Source of the DNA: Girardia tigrina
Lineage: Eukaryota
Direction: 5' to 3'
Length of the DNA stretch: 55,208 nt
Assembly (NCBI GenBank): GCA_001938485.1
Contig: MQRK01228686.1
Span: forward strand, 62,001 to 117,208
Position 1 is the first letter of the stretch, and the number at the start of each line of letters is the position of its first letter. The notes under the pieces are model-generated. The model was not told the DNA's origin and made no database searches. It was given only the letters and a program-made list of their open reading frames with translations. Below, piece by piece: positions 1 to 14,224 of the stretch. The position numbers and the translations under genes were made by a program.

Positions 1-599
1 GCGATTTCTATACGATCAATTTTAACATGTTTAACCTAACATCATTCGCATTATACCCATTTTCCTTGTTCAACGGGATTCCTTATAAGATGTACCATAT
101 TAATTGCGCTATATGGGAGTCTGCTGTTGAGATATTATAGTACATCGTTTTTGGAAACGTTTATTAATCATCTTTTAAATCTGAAAATTGTTTTCAACAC
201 TTCAATGACACAATGGAATTCACAATTGATTAGTTTGCATTTTCTATTATTTATGTATTTTTGCAATAGCAGTTTATTAAAGAATAACTTAACTTCAATC
301 ACTGCAAAATTGAAAATTGCAGGTTTTGTAATTATTTTGTTTTAATCGTACTAATAGATGGCAGAAACCAACGGTAATCATTGAATATAATTTGTTGGGA
401 AAATTCGGTCTGTAGGTGTTTTAGTAGGAAGAAATCGGCAACCGCATTCTTACAGATAGTCTAACAGAGATATCTGTGACTTCTTTTGCATTTGAGATTA
501 TAAAATAAATTATATATTTCCTTCTTTTCAAGGTTAAGATCGTTTGAAGGATTAAGATTTTATAACATGAGATTTTTTCAAGTTTAGAAGTAATATGCG

Positions 600-688
600 T
601 TTTGAAGAATAATTTCGAATGATATTTATTTTGTATTGTTTGGTGTGTTGTTATCAGGATTGTGTTTCTCCCACCAAAATGGAAGATT
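600..688 (+). repeat. degenerate copy A of Mutator-like terminal repeat family
   Basis: GT-rich tract followed by TTCTCCCACCAAAATGGAA, matching the CTCCCACCCAGATGG core of the copies at 27086, 32447, 33825 and 38176. Confidence 0.5.
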
Positions 689-1309
689 ATCGATGACGTT
701 TGGCATAATTATTGGACCGCGATGAGGCTCCTCACCACTTTCCGAAACCGAAGCTCCACTAAAAGAAGGTTATGGTGACTGTTTGGTGGTCTGCAGCCGG
801 TCTCATACATCACAGTTTTCTGAATATGGGCGAAACGATCACTGCAGTGAAGTACTGCCAACAAATTGACAAAATGCATCACGAGCTCCGATGTATGTGC
901 CCGAGATTGGTCAATATGAAAGGGCCAATTCTCCTCCACGACAACGTCCGGCCACACATCGCAAAACCGAACCTACAAAAGCAAAACGAATTGGGCTACA
1001 AAACTCTGCCTTATCCATCCTACTCACGGACATTTCGATCACCGACTACCATTTTTTCAAGCATCTGGACAACATCCTCCAGGAAAAATGCTTCAAAAAC
1101 CAAAACGACGCCAAAGACGCCTTTAACGCTTTCATCGCATCCAGAACTCAGGAGTTCTACACTAGGGGCATCAATAAACTTGTTTGTCGTTGGCAAAAAT
1201 GTATTGATTCTGACGGTTTTTATTTCGATTAATGAAGTTTATTCTGTGCTGAGTTACATTAGTTTAAAGTTTAGGTTCAAAAACCTGCATTGTTTTTGCA
1301 ACAACCTAA
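689..1309 (+). mobile_element. mariner element (cecropia/Hsmar1-like), 5'-truncated, frameshifted transposase C-terminal half plus right TIR
   Basis: MVTVWW..., LLHDNVRPH, YPSYS..TDYHFFKHLDN and RWQKCIDSDGFYFD motifs are split over two frames; ends TGCAACAACCTAA followed by TA; same family as 42205-43193. Confidence 0.93.
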
Positions 1310-2985
1310 TATTTTATAAATATATAATAATATTTTAATCAAAATATTTAAAATCTTAATGGTGCTTTATAATGTAAAAATTCATTTAAAATTATATATA
1401 ATATATTTAAAATGAATTAAAAATATTTTTAAATTTGTTGGAATAATTTAAGGTTTATAAATAGAATTCAAAAAATTTATCAATGAAGAACGACGTCTAA
1501 CTACGAAAGTTTTGTGGAGAATTGTCCTGGAGGCCATTTCAGTTGTGATGTTAATAAAAGTTTTAGAAATCACATTAGTGCTCTTAATATACTAAAAAAA
1601 ACAAAACTCGTAAAGTTTTCCCTAATTCTAGACCTCATATTAAAGGTTACCAATTCTTTTTATATATAATAGTTGCGATAAAAGCACTTCGAAAATTAAA
1701 ATCTAAATTGAAACAATAAATCTATTTGAATGAACCAGGATAATGAAGGTAACAATTTGTTAAAAAAACATTACAATTGGATCAAAACGACTAATGACCT
1801 TTGGTTGTAAACACTAAAATTGTTAATATCTCATTCTATAATATCTTCTATTATTAATAAATATTTAAATTTTGGAAATTACATCATTGTTTTCAGTTCT
1901 AAACTGTAATATTTTGAATTATTGTTAAAATTCCTATGATCAGAATTCTTGATCAAGGAGGATGTATCAAAGAGACCATCCTAATCAATTGAATATCACC
2001 AAAAAGAAGGAATGTTTATTTGAAAAGAAAAACTTGAAAAACAAGATTTAAAAAAGATAATTTTCTTAAATGTCACGATATTTTATTATCAAAATACGGT
2101 GTTTTAAAATTAATTAATTATATTAATTAATCACAAATGAACTATTTATTACATTAACCTCTCGTCTGACTGTTATGGCACTTTTATGACTCGCTCCCTT
2201 CATGGTTCTTTTTCGTTCTTTTATTAATCCTTGATTTTTTTTTCTTAAAAGACATTGTGTATTGATTATTTTTGCTTGTTTTTCATACAAAACTAGACAC
2301 TATAAATATAAATTTCCAAAGAATATAATTTTTTTGATTAAAAATAAAAGCTTGAAGCTATAAAGTCAAATTCTAAACTTTGAAAGAGGATGTTAAAATA
2401 TCGTTTCAAGGATTACAAATGTCTTGCAAAGACGTTTTTCGGGAAAAGGATAACACTTCTTTGACATGAACAAGTAAATAATTGAATAATTATTGTAAAT
2501 TTATTCTAATTATTCTTTCAACAAATTATTGTTTTTATTCACTCTCGAGAAATTCTCAAAAAAATAATATCAATTTATAAAATGTTTGTTTTGATTCATT
2601 TTATTGATTCAGTTCAAATGAGTCATTTTGTTTGAGAATCCAAAAGGATTAACAGTTCCGATCATAAATATATTTTTGTGTACTTATTGACTCTGAAACC
2701 ATTTTGTTATTAATTTGTAATTGAAATAATTATTCTTCTCGTTTTAGAGACTTTGTAAATATCTGACCTCATCAACCCTCAAAGGGTCAACCCTCAAAGG
2801 CTTCAACACTAATATTTGGATAGAACCCTAAAAACAATTGATTTTGCTTAAATGAATCCAAGAAAAAGAGAACTATTTTGATGATTTACAAATAGGCTCA
2901 TCTTTTCCAATTCAAGAATAAGTAAAATTTAATAAATCCACATTTCAAAATAAATACTTTGTGAAGAAAGATACAAAGAAAAGTT

Positions 2986-3221
2986 GGTACTTATGTATTA
3001 ACGCAACCGCAGCAAAAATTCTGCTAAATGAATGTTTTAAGGGTTAGACGTAATTACGCACTGTCTCGTGTATTTTCGTAGCACTAGAAAATCGGGTCAA
3101 AAATCAGCAAACAGCATGGTAACATAAAAACCAAAAGTTATTCTTTGCGAATGCAAAATAACAACTCTTTATTGGCGCATTAGCCGAATATTTGCTGCGG
3201 TAGCGTTAATACGTCAGTACC
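2986..3221. mobile_element. MITE, Merlin-like termini
   Basis: About 45-bp imperfect TIRs GGTACTTATGTATTAACGCAACCGCAGCAAA / TTTGCTGCGGTAGCGTTAATACGTCAGTACC; flanks GAAAAGTT and ACAAAGTT resemble an 8-bp TSD. Confidence 0.75.
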
Positions 3222-3464
3222 ACAAAGTTAATATTATACGTACAAAACATGTTAAAAAAGATTTGTTTATAAAAAAACTTTATTTTACACTTCAAAGCTA
3301 AAATCACGATCTTTTATACGTGTACGATGTCATGAAACATTTTAATGTAACATCCATAGGAATATATATATATATATTCGCCATGTCCATACAGACAATA
3401 ATAAGTAATAATTCAATGTAATAAATATAATAAGATAGAAAAAAGATAATTATTATTGACGATG

Positions 3465-3700
3465 GTACAGTCAAATTACTTCAAATAATAGGGACGTGTT
3501 TTAAGTGTTGGACGCTCATCATGACAGTGAACGTACGAATCCTCCGGGTTCGGTTGGTACCCGTAGAAAATCTATCAATGTAAATTTTCAATGAACAATC
3601 CATCTTTAAATCGGTTTTGACCTCTTTCGGTCACCACGTTTGACTACATTCAGCCCAAATGGTTGCTATGTTGAATTGAGCGGGTATCACCGGTTACCTC
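3465..3700 (+). pseudogene. possible degraded eIF2A-like WD40 exon fragment
   Basis: Frames read GRVLSV...GFGWYP*KI and FDLFRSPRLTTFSPNGCYVELSGY, resembling recalled eIF2A segments GPIYDV..YGFMPAKA..FDFGTGPRN..YSPHG..LAGF; stops and a frameshift are present. Confidence 0.3.
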
Positions 3701-3942
3701 TAGGATTTTATCAAACTACTCTACTCAGCTTTTTATTCCTTTAATCAATTTTTAGGTCACTGTTTTTTACATATGTTTTTCCTTCAATAATTTATTGTTG
3801 TCTAGAGATTAAATTCTTATTGAGGTTTACTTGAAGAATTGAATTTATATTATTGATAGTTATTAAATATTTTCGGGGTTTAAAAAAATTGTGGATTTAC
3901 GATACTTTTAATCTCCATCGGAGATCTTGTTTTTGTACTTAA

Positions 3943-4153
3943 TCCATTGAGTGCCATTTTTTATAATTTGTTGATGTGGTTGGGAAATTTAACTATTTTG
4001 TAATGTTAAAAATACAAATAAAAAAACCAGATTAAATCTTGATAAGTTTTTATTCGTAATAAATACAATAAGAACATTTATTACTTCAAGGAATTTGCTA
4101 TTGTTTTTTAAAAAAGTTAATGTTCCCATTTGAAAACATTGGTACTTAATGGG
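3943..4153. mobile_element. piggyBac-type MITE
   Basis: TTAA|TCCATTGAGTGCCA ... TGGTACTTAATGGG|TTAA inverted termini with TTAA TSD. Confidence 0.7.
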
Positions 4154-6012
4154 TTAATATGATAGCAATAATCTGTAACACATTTCTTTTTCTTGAAATA
4201 ATGTCTTCACTAAAATTGAATTTACTTTTTATTCAAAAAGTTTATGTTATGAAGTTTTAGTACTTTGTTGAAACTTTTATACCATTCAAGTGTTGTTCTC
4301 GAGAATCTTAGATCGTCGAATGTTTTTTTTATAAGATGGTAAATATTTCAGAAGAAGAACATTAAGAATAATTCTTTTCCACAACAAAAGTAACTATTAT
4401 GAAGTTGAAAACATGAAGAATTTTTAAATTAAATTTCGATTGTGATCCTGAAATATACAAAAAGTCTTCAAATTATATACATTTTGAAAGGGATCAGTCC
4501 CAAAACCTTTTAAAAAGATGGTGTGGTACATTTGTACGTTGATAAATCAATGAAAGAAAGTAACGATCGATTGATATAGTTCAAAACTATTTAAACTTGG
4601 TTGAGTTTTGATATTATATTTATCAAAGACGAAACTTTCGTTGAAAATATGATTGAGAATATAAGATGCTCACATTCAGAAGGTATAAGGTACATGAAAA
4701 AACGTTTCCTATATTAAGTAAATGTTATAAAGTTTGTTCAAATGAAAACTTCTTATCAAACATAACATTTAACAAAACTTTGAACCGAGATTATTCTGCT
4801 ACTTTCAAAGCTTATAATACGAAAGATTTCGATTTGTAAACTGCGGTTTCCGTTATCAGTTGTCGAGTGTTATAAATGATTATAATTAATATAAATTATT
4901 AATAGTATTTATTGATATGGAATTTTGTTTACCTTTGATATTAGCGCTTCAAATAACATCGATTCTCCTTCACTCCTTCTTACTCTATATTTTAAGTTCT
5001 TTTCTTCAGTGAAGAATATATGAATATTATCTCGTCGGACTTTGATTTTATCTTTCGGTCCTTATCAGAGTAGTCACTGTAAACATTGTCAATCTTAACA
5101 ATCCTTTAACAATGTATTGCACAAAAGTTGGTAACAGTGAAAGATAAGAACAGTCACGTTGAAGTTGTAAGATTTAGTTTTAATCAATACAGAAGATTAA
5201 AGTCTCCATTTCACGTATGGTCACCGAGACCTTGTTTCGTGCTGTGTCAGTAAAATCGACAGATAATAAATGATTAACCTAACTTCATATAAGTATTGAT
5301 TATGGCACTCGCGCTACTTTTCCGACTCGTCTTTCTTTCATTATCGGTGTCAAAGAAGATTGTCCCTCGATATCTTAAGAAGATTTATAAGTCCTTCCTT
5401 ATTTGTATTTATACACAAAATTGATACTGAAATAAATAAATAAAATTAATTATATAATATTTGTTTCTATGTGATAATTTTCAGACCGTCACATTTTCTT
5501 CAGAAAAACATGTTACTCTGTTTAAGGGTATTAATAGCTGAAAGATTTGAAAACTTTTTATTACCTTAAAGTGGTATTACCATGAAAACCTCCGATCTTA
5601 AAGATACTTTTTTCTTAATCCTCCTTTCCAGAGACGATATAAACGGAATCCTTAGCATTAATTGATTCAGTGGTGTCATTTTTCACAATAAAATATAATT
5701 ATTTTATAGTGAACTTCATATAGAACTTTCCGACAATTAATATCTTATATTATGATATTATTTTAAATTAAGAAAATATTAATGTGTAAAAATAATAATA
5801 ATAATGTTATTGTATATATCATAAAATAATTATTGTAAGTAAGCTTTTTTAAAAAAAATCTATTGAAAGAACATTTAAATATCGTAAGTTGCTTATCTTA
5901 GGGAATATATTTTATTGTGTATATATATTATATATGCTCTAATAAGGCTGTTTATAATAGGTATTTTATAGTATAATCAAACGACCATTTCATCATTCAT
6001 ATCTTAGATTAT

Positions 6013-7187
6013 TATATCTGCATTCAATAAGTACCCGACCTAATAAAGAAAACGGATTCCACAAGAGCCATTTTTATAAATCAACAAGCTTAACGAGTTA
6101 TTGAATCATCCGCAAACAAATAATCAACTCAGAAAACGCCTTGTTGAAAGATTTTTGGGGTATGCGGCTAACAAATACTCCATGGACACCTTCAATCGTC
6201 TTAGGTTCAAAACTGGATGCCTCTCAAATGCTTCTTTAGATGTCTGAAGAGGAAAAAATCACTCTGTACCGAATCTGGGCAGTACTGCAGATGATCCACA
6301 TGCACTAATGCAGCATCTTCAATTGTTACCCGAGAAATTTCAGGTTGTGTACACTGGCAAATTGTTGTGGAGAAACATTAGTGGTGTGATTTTCAGCTTC
6401 CGTCAATTCTTATTGGCGGTGGTCATGAGTTGGTTGTAATAGGTGGTGAATTAGTGATGCATCTCTCCACGAAATCCATGAGAATAACATCTTTACAATC
6501 CAAGCAAATTGAAAGCATTGCTCGTCCATGACTTGTCCCCGTTTGTATCTTCAAAGGTGGCTTCTCTTGCGGGCAGTTACCACTCTGCTGACTCACGGGT
6601 TGTTGCTGATAAATACATACTAAGAGAAGTTTCATCCTCCATAATTAAATTTGCCAGGTAGGTCTCACAACCATGTAAAAGTGGTTTTTAATGCACTCCA
6701 AGCGGCTTCACTTGCAGCGGGGTACGACTCTGGAGAACAGTTTTCTGATAACCGTGAATTTCAATATGACGTGGGCTGTACCAATATTGAAGTTGAGATC
6801 CGCTGACAACATTTTCATTGTACTTCGACGCTCTTCTCCGATTTTTCATCAACTGTGTCAAAAAAGTCTTGTGGTTGATCTGAATTTTCTTGGTCAAAAA
6901 AGGAGGTACGACCGCATTTAAACTTTCTTACCCAATAGTTAACAGTTGTAAGAGATGGTGAGTCATGTAGGTAGGTTGATTGCAAAAGATGTAGTCTTTT
7001 TCTGCAACGCAAAGAACTTGATAATTCTGCGAAAATTCATAATGTCACAAAAAAAATTTTAATGTGTTTGATAAAATAAAAAAATGCTGAAATTAAAACC
7101 TATATTAATTTATTTAATCACACAAAAAACTAATTTTTGCAATTATATTTTTTTACTTTAGGTCGCATACATATTGAACACACCCCG
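6013..7187 (-). mobile_element. degenerate near full-length mariner element
   Basis: TIR pair CATTCAATAAGTACCCGACCTAA / TTAGGTCGCATACATATTGAAC; minus-strand remnants SPSLTTVNYWVRKFKCGRTSF and HLQYCPDSVQSDFFLFRHLK (equivalent to HPPYSPDLAPSDF). Confidence 0.85.
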
Positions 7188-7924
7188 AATAAAACTAGTT
7201 TAATAGTTCAAAGCGATTCGTCCAATCATATTAACGTATTTTGATCTTAGACATAAATGGCATAACCATCATCTGATTATGCAAGCAATATATTTTTTAA
7301 TAAAACATAGAAATGATGACATAAAGGTTAAACAGGATGTTTCGTGCTTTATAATAATAATAAAATTGATTTATCTACTATAATGCTTTAACAAATATAT
7401 CTGAATTATTTATAGTTTTTATGTTTTATTTATTAAAATTTTCAAATTTTAAAAGTTACTTTTGTTTCTATTTCTGGTAAAATTGTTTTGAAGGTTGACA
7501 TTTTGGAAAACCTTTACCTAATGAGAAGATTATGATCTTTTACGGAAAGAATCTTAGAATTCACTGAACTGTTGTAAGAGTAAGTGACCGTTTTAACCTT
7601 TAAGTAGGAAGTCACGTAAAAAGCTTATTTAAGTGAAGTAATTGGTGCTCTTGCATTTAAAATGTTTTTAGACGTATTTCGACTTATTTTAATGAAATAA
7701 AAAGGTGGAGGGCTTTTAAAATGAAATTCATTAAGTTTAAAAATGATCATTTAAGAATTTGACCAATTTATGGTTAATTAATCATTCTAGATTTATTCAC
7801 CAAAGGGTAACTAAAACAATTAGGAATTAAGTTTATTATTGAAAGAGCACTTCATGGTGTATTCCCGGGATGAATATATTTCAAAAGGTTTTAAAATAAA
7901 TTATAAAGGAAAAATAAATTTTTA

Positions 7925-8700
7925 TACTGGTGGGTTCAAAAAGTGTCGAAACTGGTTACATAAGGAAAGCAACCGGAAGTGTTAATAACATAAGAGCAAC
8001 TATGATATGTAGGTTTTATTTTTCAATGTAAGACCCATTTTGGTCCACATACTTCCTCCAACCATGTAAGAGTTCAAAATTTCATTTTCTAAGAAGATTG
8101 GGCATTGATCTCTCAAGAAAACTTCAAAATCTTTTTAAATTTGCACAGTTTTGATAGGATTTCTCTTACCTGAAAAATCTTACTTCATATTCCTGAATAA
8201 ATGAAAGTTACTGGGTGTCAGTACGGGTTTTTTTGAAGGGTGATCTTAGATAACGAAACCACGTTTCTTAATCACTGCCACTTTGTCTCTACTTTGGTTG
8301 ACTGAGCGGTTGTTCTTTTAGTGATAACGTCTATAGGTGTCCCTAATTAGGTAGAATTAATTTACAGACATTTGATCCATAAAATCTGTGTTAATTATGT
8401 TACTTTGATTCCAATTAATTGTTAACCTCAAGAATTTTAGATATCATCTATTTGGAACTCCTTTCTTCGTGTAATTTATATTTGCGATTCACTCTTTGGC
8501 TCAGGAATAAATAAATTGCATTCAAAATAAGGATATTTGGAGGAATTGGTTGCCAAAAGGGAGATTTTTCATGTAGCATTCTCTCAGATTTTCACACATT
8601 TCAGAAGAATTTAAACGAACCCGTTTACAGAGATGACGGACCGTAATTAATTGGTTAATTCAGCAATTAATGTCCAATCAAGTGACTCTTCAACTTTGCT
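7925..8700 (-). mobile_element. degenerate mariner 3' part
   Basis: Minus-strand TPSNFHLFRNMK and HGWRKYVDQNGSYIEK mariner C-terminal motifs; TIR-like GGTGGGTTCAAAAAGT at about 7929. Confidence 0.7.
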
Positions 8701-10149
8701 GAAAGTGTTTACGCAAAACAGTAATTACATAATAGATTACATATTCATCTTTTTTTTTAAGTAAAATAAAAAATAAGGTATTTACGATACCATACATTTA
8801 TTTATATTTTATTTATTATATTTTATACACTCAACAAACTTACCACATACAACATGTAAGAAAAGTTCTTTTTCGAGGAATGGGAAAAATCCATGAAACA
8901 TTTTTGCTGAACCGAGAAGGTCGAATCATTTCCGAAGATAGACACCCAAAATAAATACGAAATTTTTTATTGTCAATTATTAAACGCAAGTTTTCTAAAT
9001 CTGAAAATTGGGATGATGAAAGTTTTCCCAAAACGGGATAATATAAATCTATTAATTCCAAACATTATATTTCGTCGTGCGATGAATGTTAATAGAAATA
9101 TTGCACATATATTATAATTGAATATCGGATTGCGGTGATTTTATTTGATTTTCCTTTATATTTTATATTTTTCAAATGTATCACACTCCATCTTTATTGA
9201 TAAAATTTAATTAATTTATTAACATTTTGGCTACAAATTTAATTGTATTCAGGAAATTAAGTTTTCATCAATCATTTATTGAAATATTTAAACACTCAAA
9301 TCGTTTTGTATCATTAAAATGATTGGGATAATTCAGTGATCTCGAGAGTCTGTTCAAAGGATTCAAACTTCTTTTTACGACTACTTGCGAAGCAACTTCA
9401 TATCCGAAAGGTGCGACAGAGTTCTTTCGGGTTTTAACAAGAGGAATTCTGTTGAAATAATCAGATAACAAATTGAAGAGGATATTCTAAATCAGTTTTA
9501 GGATGCAGTCTCAAATGAGAGAAAACTATTGTTATAAATATGATTAGAGAAATGTTTCGCTTGAGAAGCTGAGATATTTATGTAAAAATTCTGAAAATGA
9601 CGCCATTAGTTGTGAAAGAAACTGATGGAAAGAGGAAACGTTTCACTGGATTGAGGTTGAAGTCGGATAAGATTGAATTTATCACCGAAAGGCGAAACAG
9701 GGAAGTGAATTAATGTCTATCTTGTTTTTTTTAATACAGCTTTAAATTTTGAAGATTCCATAAGATTAGAAAAAAAGAGTAATAGATAGTCGAATGTTAA
9801 ACAATTTCCTTACATAAAAGATTATAATAATTTTATTATTTTACAATAATTTCAATACTTAAATAAATATTTATAATAAAATGGGGATTCTACAAAATAC
9901 GGCAGGGGACAGATTAATATGATCACTTACAAAAGTACGCCTGCCAATCCCGAACAACAAGACTTGCTTAAGACATACTTTTAATCAACTTCCCTAGGTA
10001 AATCTCCCTATTGTAATGTTTAACAAAAGCTGAGACCGATTTGGTCCGCTTAGACATAGCTATCACCGACAACGACATTCAAAGAAAACCTTATTTTTTT
10101 GGGAAGTCATAATATTCTGTCCTCTTCTGTTAATCAAAATAATTTATTG

Positions 10150-10912
10150 AAAAAGACCTACATACACAGACTCTCCTATATATTCGCAAGCTAAAGTAAC
10201 AAAAAATATTTTACAGAATTTACAGTACATCGATCTTATTCCCTTCTAAATAGTCCTGTTTGTACCAATTTACTTGTTTCATCTGAAGTCCGATGAAGTT
10301 ACTGCTCTCATGCTTAAATTATTTCTTTTCATAAATCTTGTGCACCAACCATTCGTTTTTTTAAAATTTTTTATATTAAAATCATATTTTGCCATTTTTT
10401 CGCTGTTAATCTAATATCAATTGTAGAAACTTTAAACCCTTTCTACTTTTTCTCAATTACATACTTTTAACGGCCTTTTCTAAATCGGGCCAATGTGCCA
10501 ATCCCCCTCTTTTTGCTTTCTTATTTTTCGGCATTACGTTTAAAATATTTTTCGATTTTCTATAATCCCGAAAGTTTTTTTTATTTATATTGAATTCTCT
10601 TTCTGCTTCTCTGTTACCATGTTTTTCAGCATAAGCAATAATTTCCAATTTTCTTTCGACCATAAACGATCTTCTTGTTTTCTTCATTTTTAACGTGGAT
10701 TTTAAATTCAAATTATTTTAATAAAACAAAAATAATTAAAGTCAAAATTAAAATAATATTAATTTAAATTTAATGATTTCTTCATTTGCATAATTTAAAA
10801 TAAATTTTTGATTCAAGTTTTCAAGTTACAAAAATATGCGACTATACGCTGTTGAATTTAATTTTCAAAATTTACAAAAAATGGGATGCGACTTATATGC
10901 CAATAAATACGG
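10150..10912 (-). mobile_element. pogo/Tigger-like DNA transposon 5' fragment (Brinker-type HTH plus start of CENP-B HTH)
   Basis: ORF 10457-10711 RRSFMVERKLEIIAYAEKHGNREAEREFNI...WPDLEKAV; terminus on minus strand TA|CCGTATTTATTGGCATATAAGTCGCA. Confidence 0.8.
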
Positions 10913-12729
10913 TACTATGATAATTTAATAAAACATTATTATTTAAATCTGCCAAGGATGTTAACAAACTCTTTCTTCACGCATTACTTTACACCAAGGT
11001 CAGTCATCGACCCTTTATAACTTCATGAATCTAAAAAATCAAAATGGGTAATTAATAAATTTTAATTTAAAAACTAATTTCGAAAATCTGAAATCAAATG
11101 AATGAAAAAAATACTATGAAATCAAAAATGGAATTTATCAAATATTTTTAATAAATATATAAATATTATTTTTTTAATTAAATAAAATAAGAAAACTAGA
11201 AATAAAATAATTAACAAATTAAATTAATTAATATCAATTAAAAAATTTTAAAAAAAAATTATAAACAAAAAATAAATATAATAAATTCAACAAGAAAATT
11301 TAATTATAAAATAATTATTTATTTATTTGTATTAAAACTTTTGATTAAATTATTTTTTAAAAAAAATTTAATTATTTTCTCATTATTTATTTCATAGTTA
11401 TTTTTAATTAAAACGAATTTGTTTGTACGAAAGAAAAAAAATTAATTTAATTGTCTATTTTTATAAATTCCAAAATTATTATTCCCAAACATTCCAATGG
11501 AAATTTTTTATCATATTTAAAATAAAATAAATTTAAATAATTCAATTAACAATAATAAATGATTTGCGAAAATTGTTTTCAAAATCAAAAAAATCAATGA
11601 TAAATAAAAGAAAAATAAACAAATTTATTGAAATTTAATTACTTTTCAATTTTATTAATGATATAATTTTTTAATTAATAATTTATTCTTTACAAAAAAA
11701 GATTTTCTTAATTTTATTGTAATAAAATGTTTTTTTTAATTTTTCCAAATTCCAGACTTTTTTAAAAGGGTACAAAAAATCAATAATTTTTTTTTAAATT
11801 TTCAATTTGAAAAAAACAATTTTTTTCTCATTTCATGATTGAATAACAATAAAATTATAACTTCCCATTTATGTATTTTTACAAGTTGATAAAAGCCATT
11901 CCACTGGATTATTTCTGTCTTGAGAGACTTTCTACAAGACAATTAATATTTTTCCTTATTCAATAAAACTTTTTATCAGTGTCATTTTAAACAAAATTAA
12001 AAAATATTTTTTTTCATAAAACATTGAATTGAAAAAAAAATTTAGAAAAAATAAAATAGGATGAATTTATTTTTAATTTTAAAATAATTTAATTTTTATT
12101 TAATTATAATATTTATTTCAAGTATTATATAATATAATATTATTTTTTATATACTAAAGCAATAACTTATTCATTATTCATTATTAATGATCATTCGATA
12201 TTCGATTATTTCAACAAATTATCCAATTATTATTCAAGTAATATTTTGTAATTAAATATGTATTTCAATTTTCAATGGAATTAAAAATTTCAACAAAATT
12301 TTATAATTCATTCAAAATTTAATTTAAATTTTAAATTTTTTAATAATTTTTAAAATAAATAATTTTAAAATAACAGTAATTTATAATTTACGTATTTGGT
12401 TTAAAAAGAAGTACCACTATAAAATAACAGACAATAAGTTCCGAAACTATACTACGTAAATTCATGTGCATTCAGATACGTTAAATAGATTTATTAAAAA
12501 ATTTAAATTATAAATAATGAAAACTTATTTTTATTATAGATGAACTAATTTGATATTTTAAGAAAATCTAAATATTATTGTAAAATAATTTGAAGAAATC
12601 AAATAAAAAAGTTAAATAAAAAAATTTATTCACATTCAAAAATTTGTTCTCTCAGACATCTGCATTTAAATTCAAAAGAATTCGGATACTTAATAAAACT
12701 TAAATATCTTGATGGTAAATTAAAGCCCC

Positions 12730-14150
12730 AGTTTTGAATTTGTTGACTTTATTTCAAATTATAAGATTAGTAACAAAAATGAAATTATGGTTTCTTTTGA
12801 TGTGGTTAGTCTTTTCACCAATGTTCCTCTGAAGGAAACGATTAATTTATGTTGCATTCTTTGTAAAGATAATGTTGGTGAACACCATCTTATCGATGAA
12901 GTTGCATTTCGTGAATTGTTGTGTTTTGCCACTTCTAATATTCATTTTCTTTTTAATAATGAGTTGTATAAACAGGTTGATGGCGTAGCAATGGGTTTTC
13001 CCTTAGCTCCAACGCTGGCTTCAATATTTTTGTCAAGTATTGAAGATAAGATCAATTTGTTTCCGGTTCAAAAACCTCTAGCTTATAAACGCTATGTTGA
13101 TGACATTTTTCTTATTTTCAATAATCAAATTGACATAGATCCATTTTTAGGATAATTAAATTCTTTGCATCCAAATATTAAGTTTACAACAGAAACTGAG
13201 AATAATGGTAAATTATCTTTCCTAGACTTACTGATTGAAAGGAAAAGAGATGTTTATGAGACTGAGATTCACAGAAAGAAAACTGATACTGGGTTATATA
13301 CAACGCCAAACAATTTTTGTGAATCTCGATACAAATATAATATGATTAGAGGACTAATTTTTCGATCTTGGTCATTATCATCAACTTATACAAAAAGTTG
13401 TGATAGCATTAATCAATTAACTAAATTATTGAATAAAAATGGTTACTCAAAATCAATTGCTGAGAAATTGACCAAAGAAACAATTGATAAATTAATTAAT
13501 AAACCGATTAAAAATGACAAAGAAGACTCAACAAATTTAAAATACGTTTTAAGCACTCCATATTCAAAGGGATTTGGTCAATTTAAACGTTCAATTTTAA
13601 AATGCGTAAATAATGCCTTTAATTTAAAAATAATATCACAAACATAAAATCCAAAATGTATTTTGTAATAAATCTCCAATCCCATTTGGATTATGTTCGG
13701 ATCTCGTATATAAAATTACATGTAATGGGTGTAATGCCACATACATTGGAGAGACGTCCCGTCATCTTTGTAAGAGAATCCAAGAACATGGTCGGAATGT
13801 AGGTGGGAGTAATATTGTAGAACACAGAAATGGTTGTAAGTCGAATGAAAACATAAACATACATGATTTTAAAATTCTGTGTTCTCGTTTTAAAAACTAT
13901 TGGGAGAGGGTGGCCTGTGAAGCCCTTTATATCAGATCTTTAGATCCTAAGATTAATGTGCAAACGGGTCTCTCGAAAACCCTATTGAGCGTGTTTAGAT
14001 GACATAATAATCCATTGATGACATAATCACTGCTTGCCTATATAAGCAGATTTAAAATTGATCTTTTTTCTTGAGACCTGACGATGACGGTTATACCGTC
14101 GAAATTAATTGTCTTGAAAAATAAATGTCTATTTAACAAATAGCGTATTT
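12730..14150 (+). mobile_element. Penelope-like retroelement, 5'-truncated: RT plus GIY-YIG endonuclease plus 3' pseudo-LTR
   Basis: SFDVVSLFTNVP, YKQVDGVAMGFPLAP, YKRYVDDIF, HPNIKFT, LSFLDLLI; then VYKITCNGCNATYIGETSRHLCKRIQEH...EALYIRSLDPKIN, stop at 14000-14002; one internal stop and one frameshift. Confidence 0.95.
14071..14117 (+). ncRNA. minimal type I hammerhead ribozyme in Penelope pseudo-LTR
   Basis: Stem I UUGAGAC/GUCUUGA, core CUGACGA-U, stem II GACGG-uuaua-CCGUC, GAAA, palindromic AAUUAAUU stem III, predicted cleavage after AUU; TATA-like box about 30 nt upstream, AATAAA just downstream. Confidence 0.88.
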
Positions 14151-14224
14151 TTGTTTTTAAAAATAAGTTGTCATCATTTTTTAATTTTTTGATTAATAAA
14201 AATTATAATATAAATTATAATATT

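Noticed and set aside
2772-2800. Tandem duplication of TCAACCCTCAAAGG
   Set aside because: Simple local slippage duplication with no further structure.
10920-12660. Extremely AT-rich 1.7-kb tract
   Set aside because: No periodicity or termini that I could support by eye.
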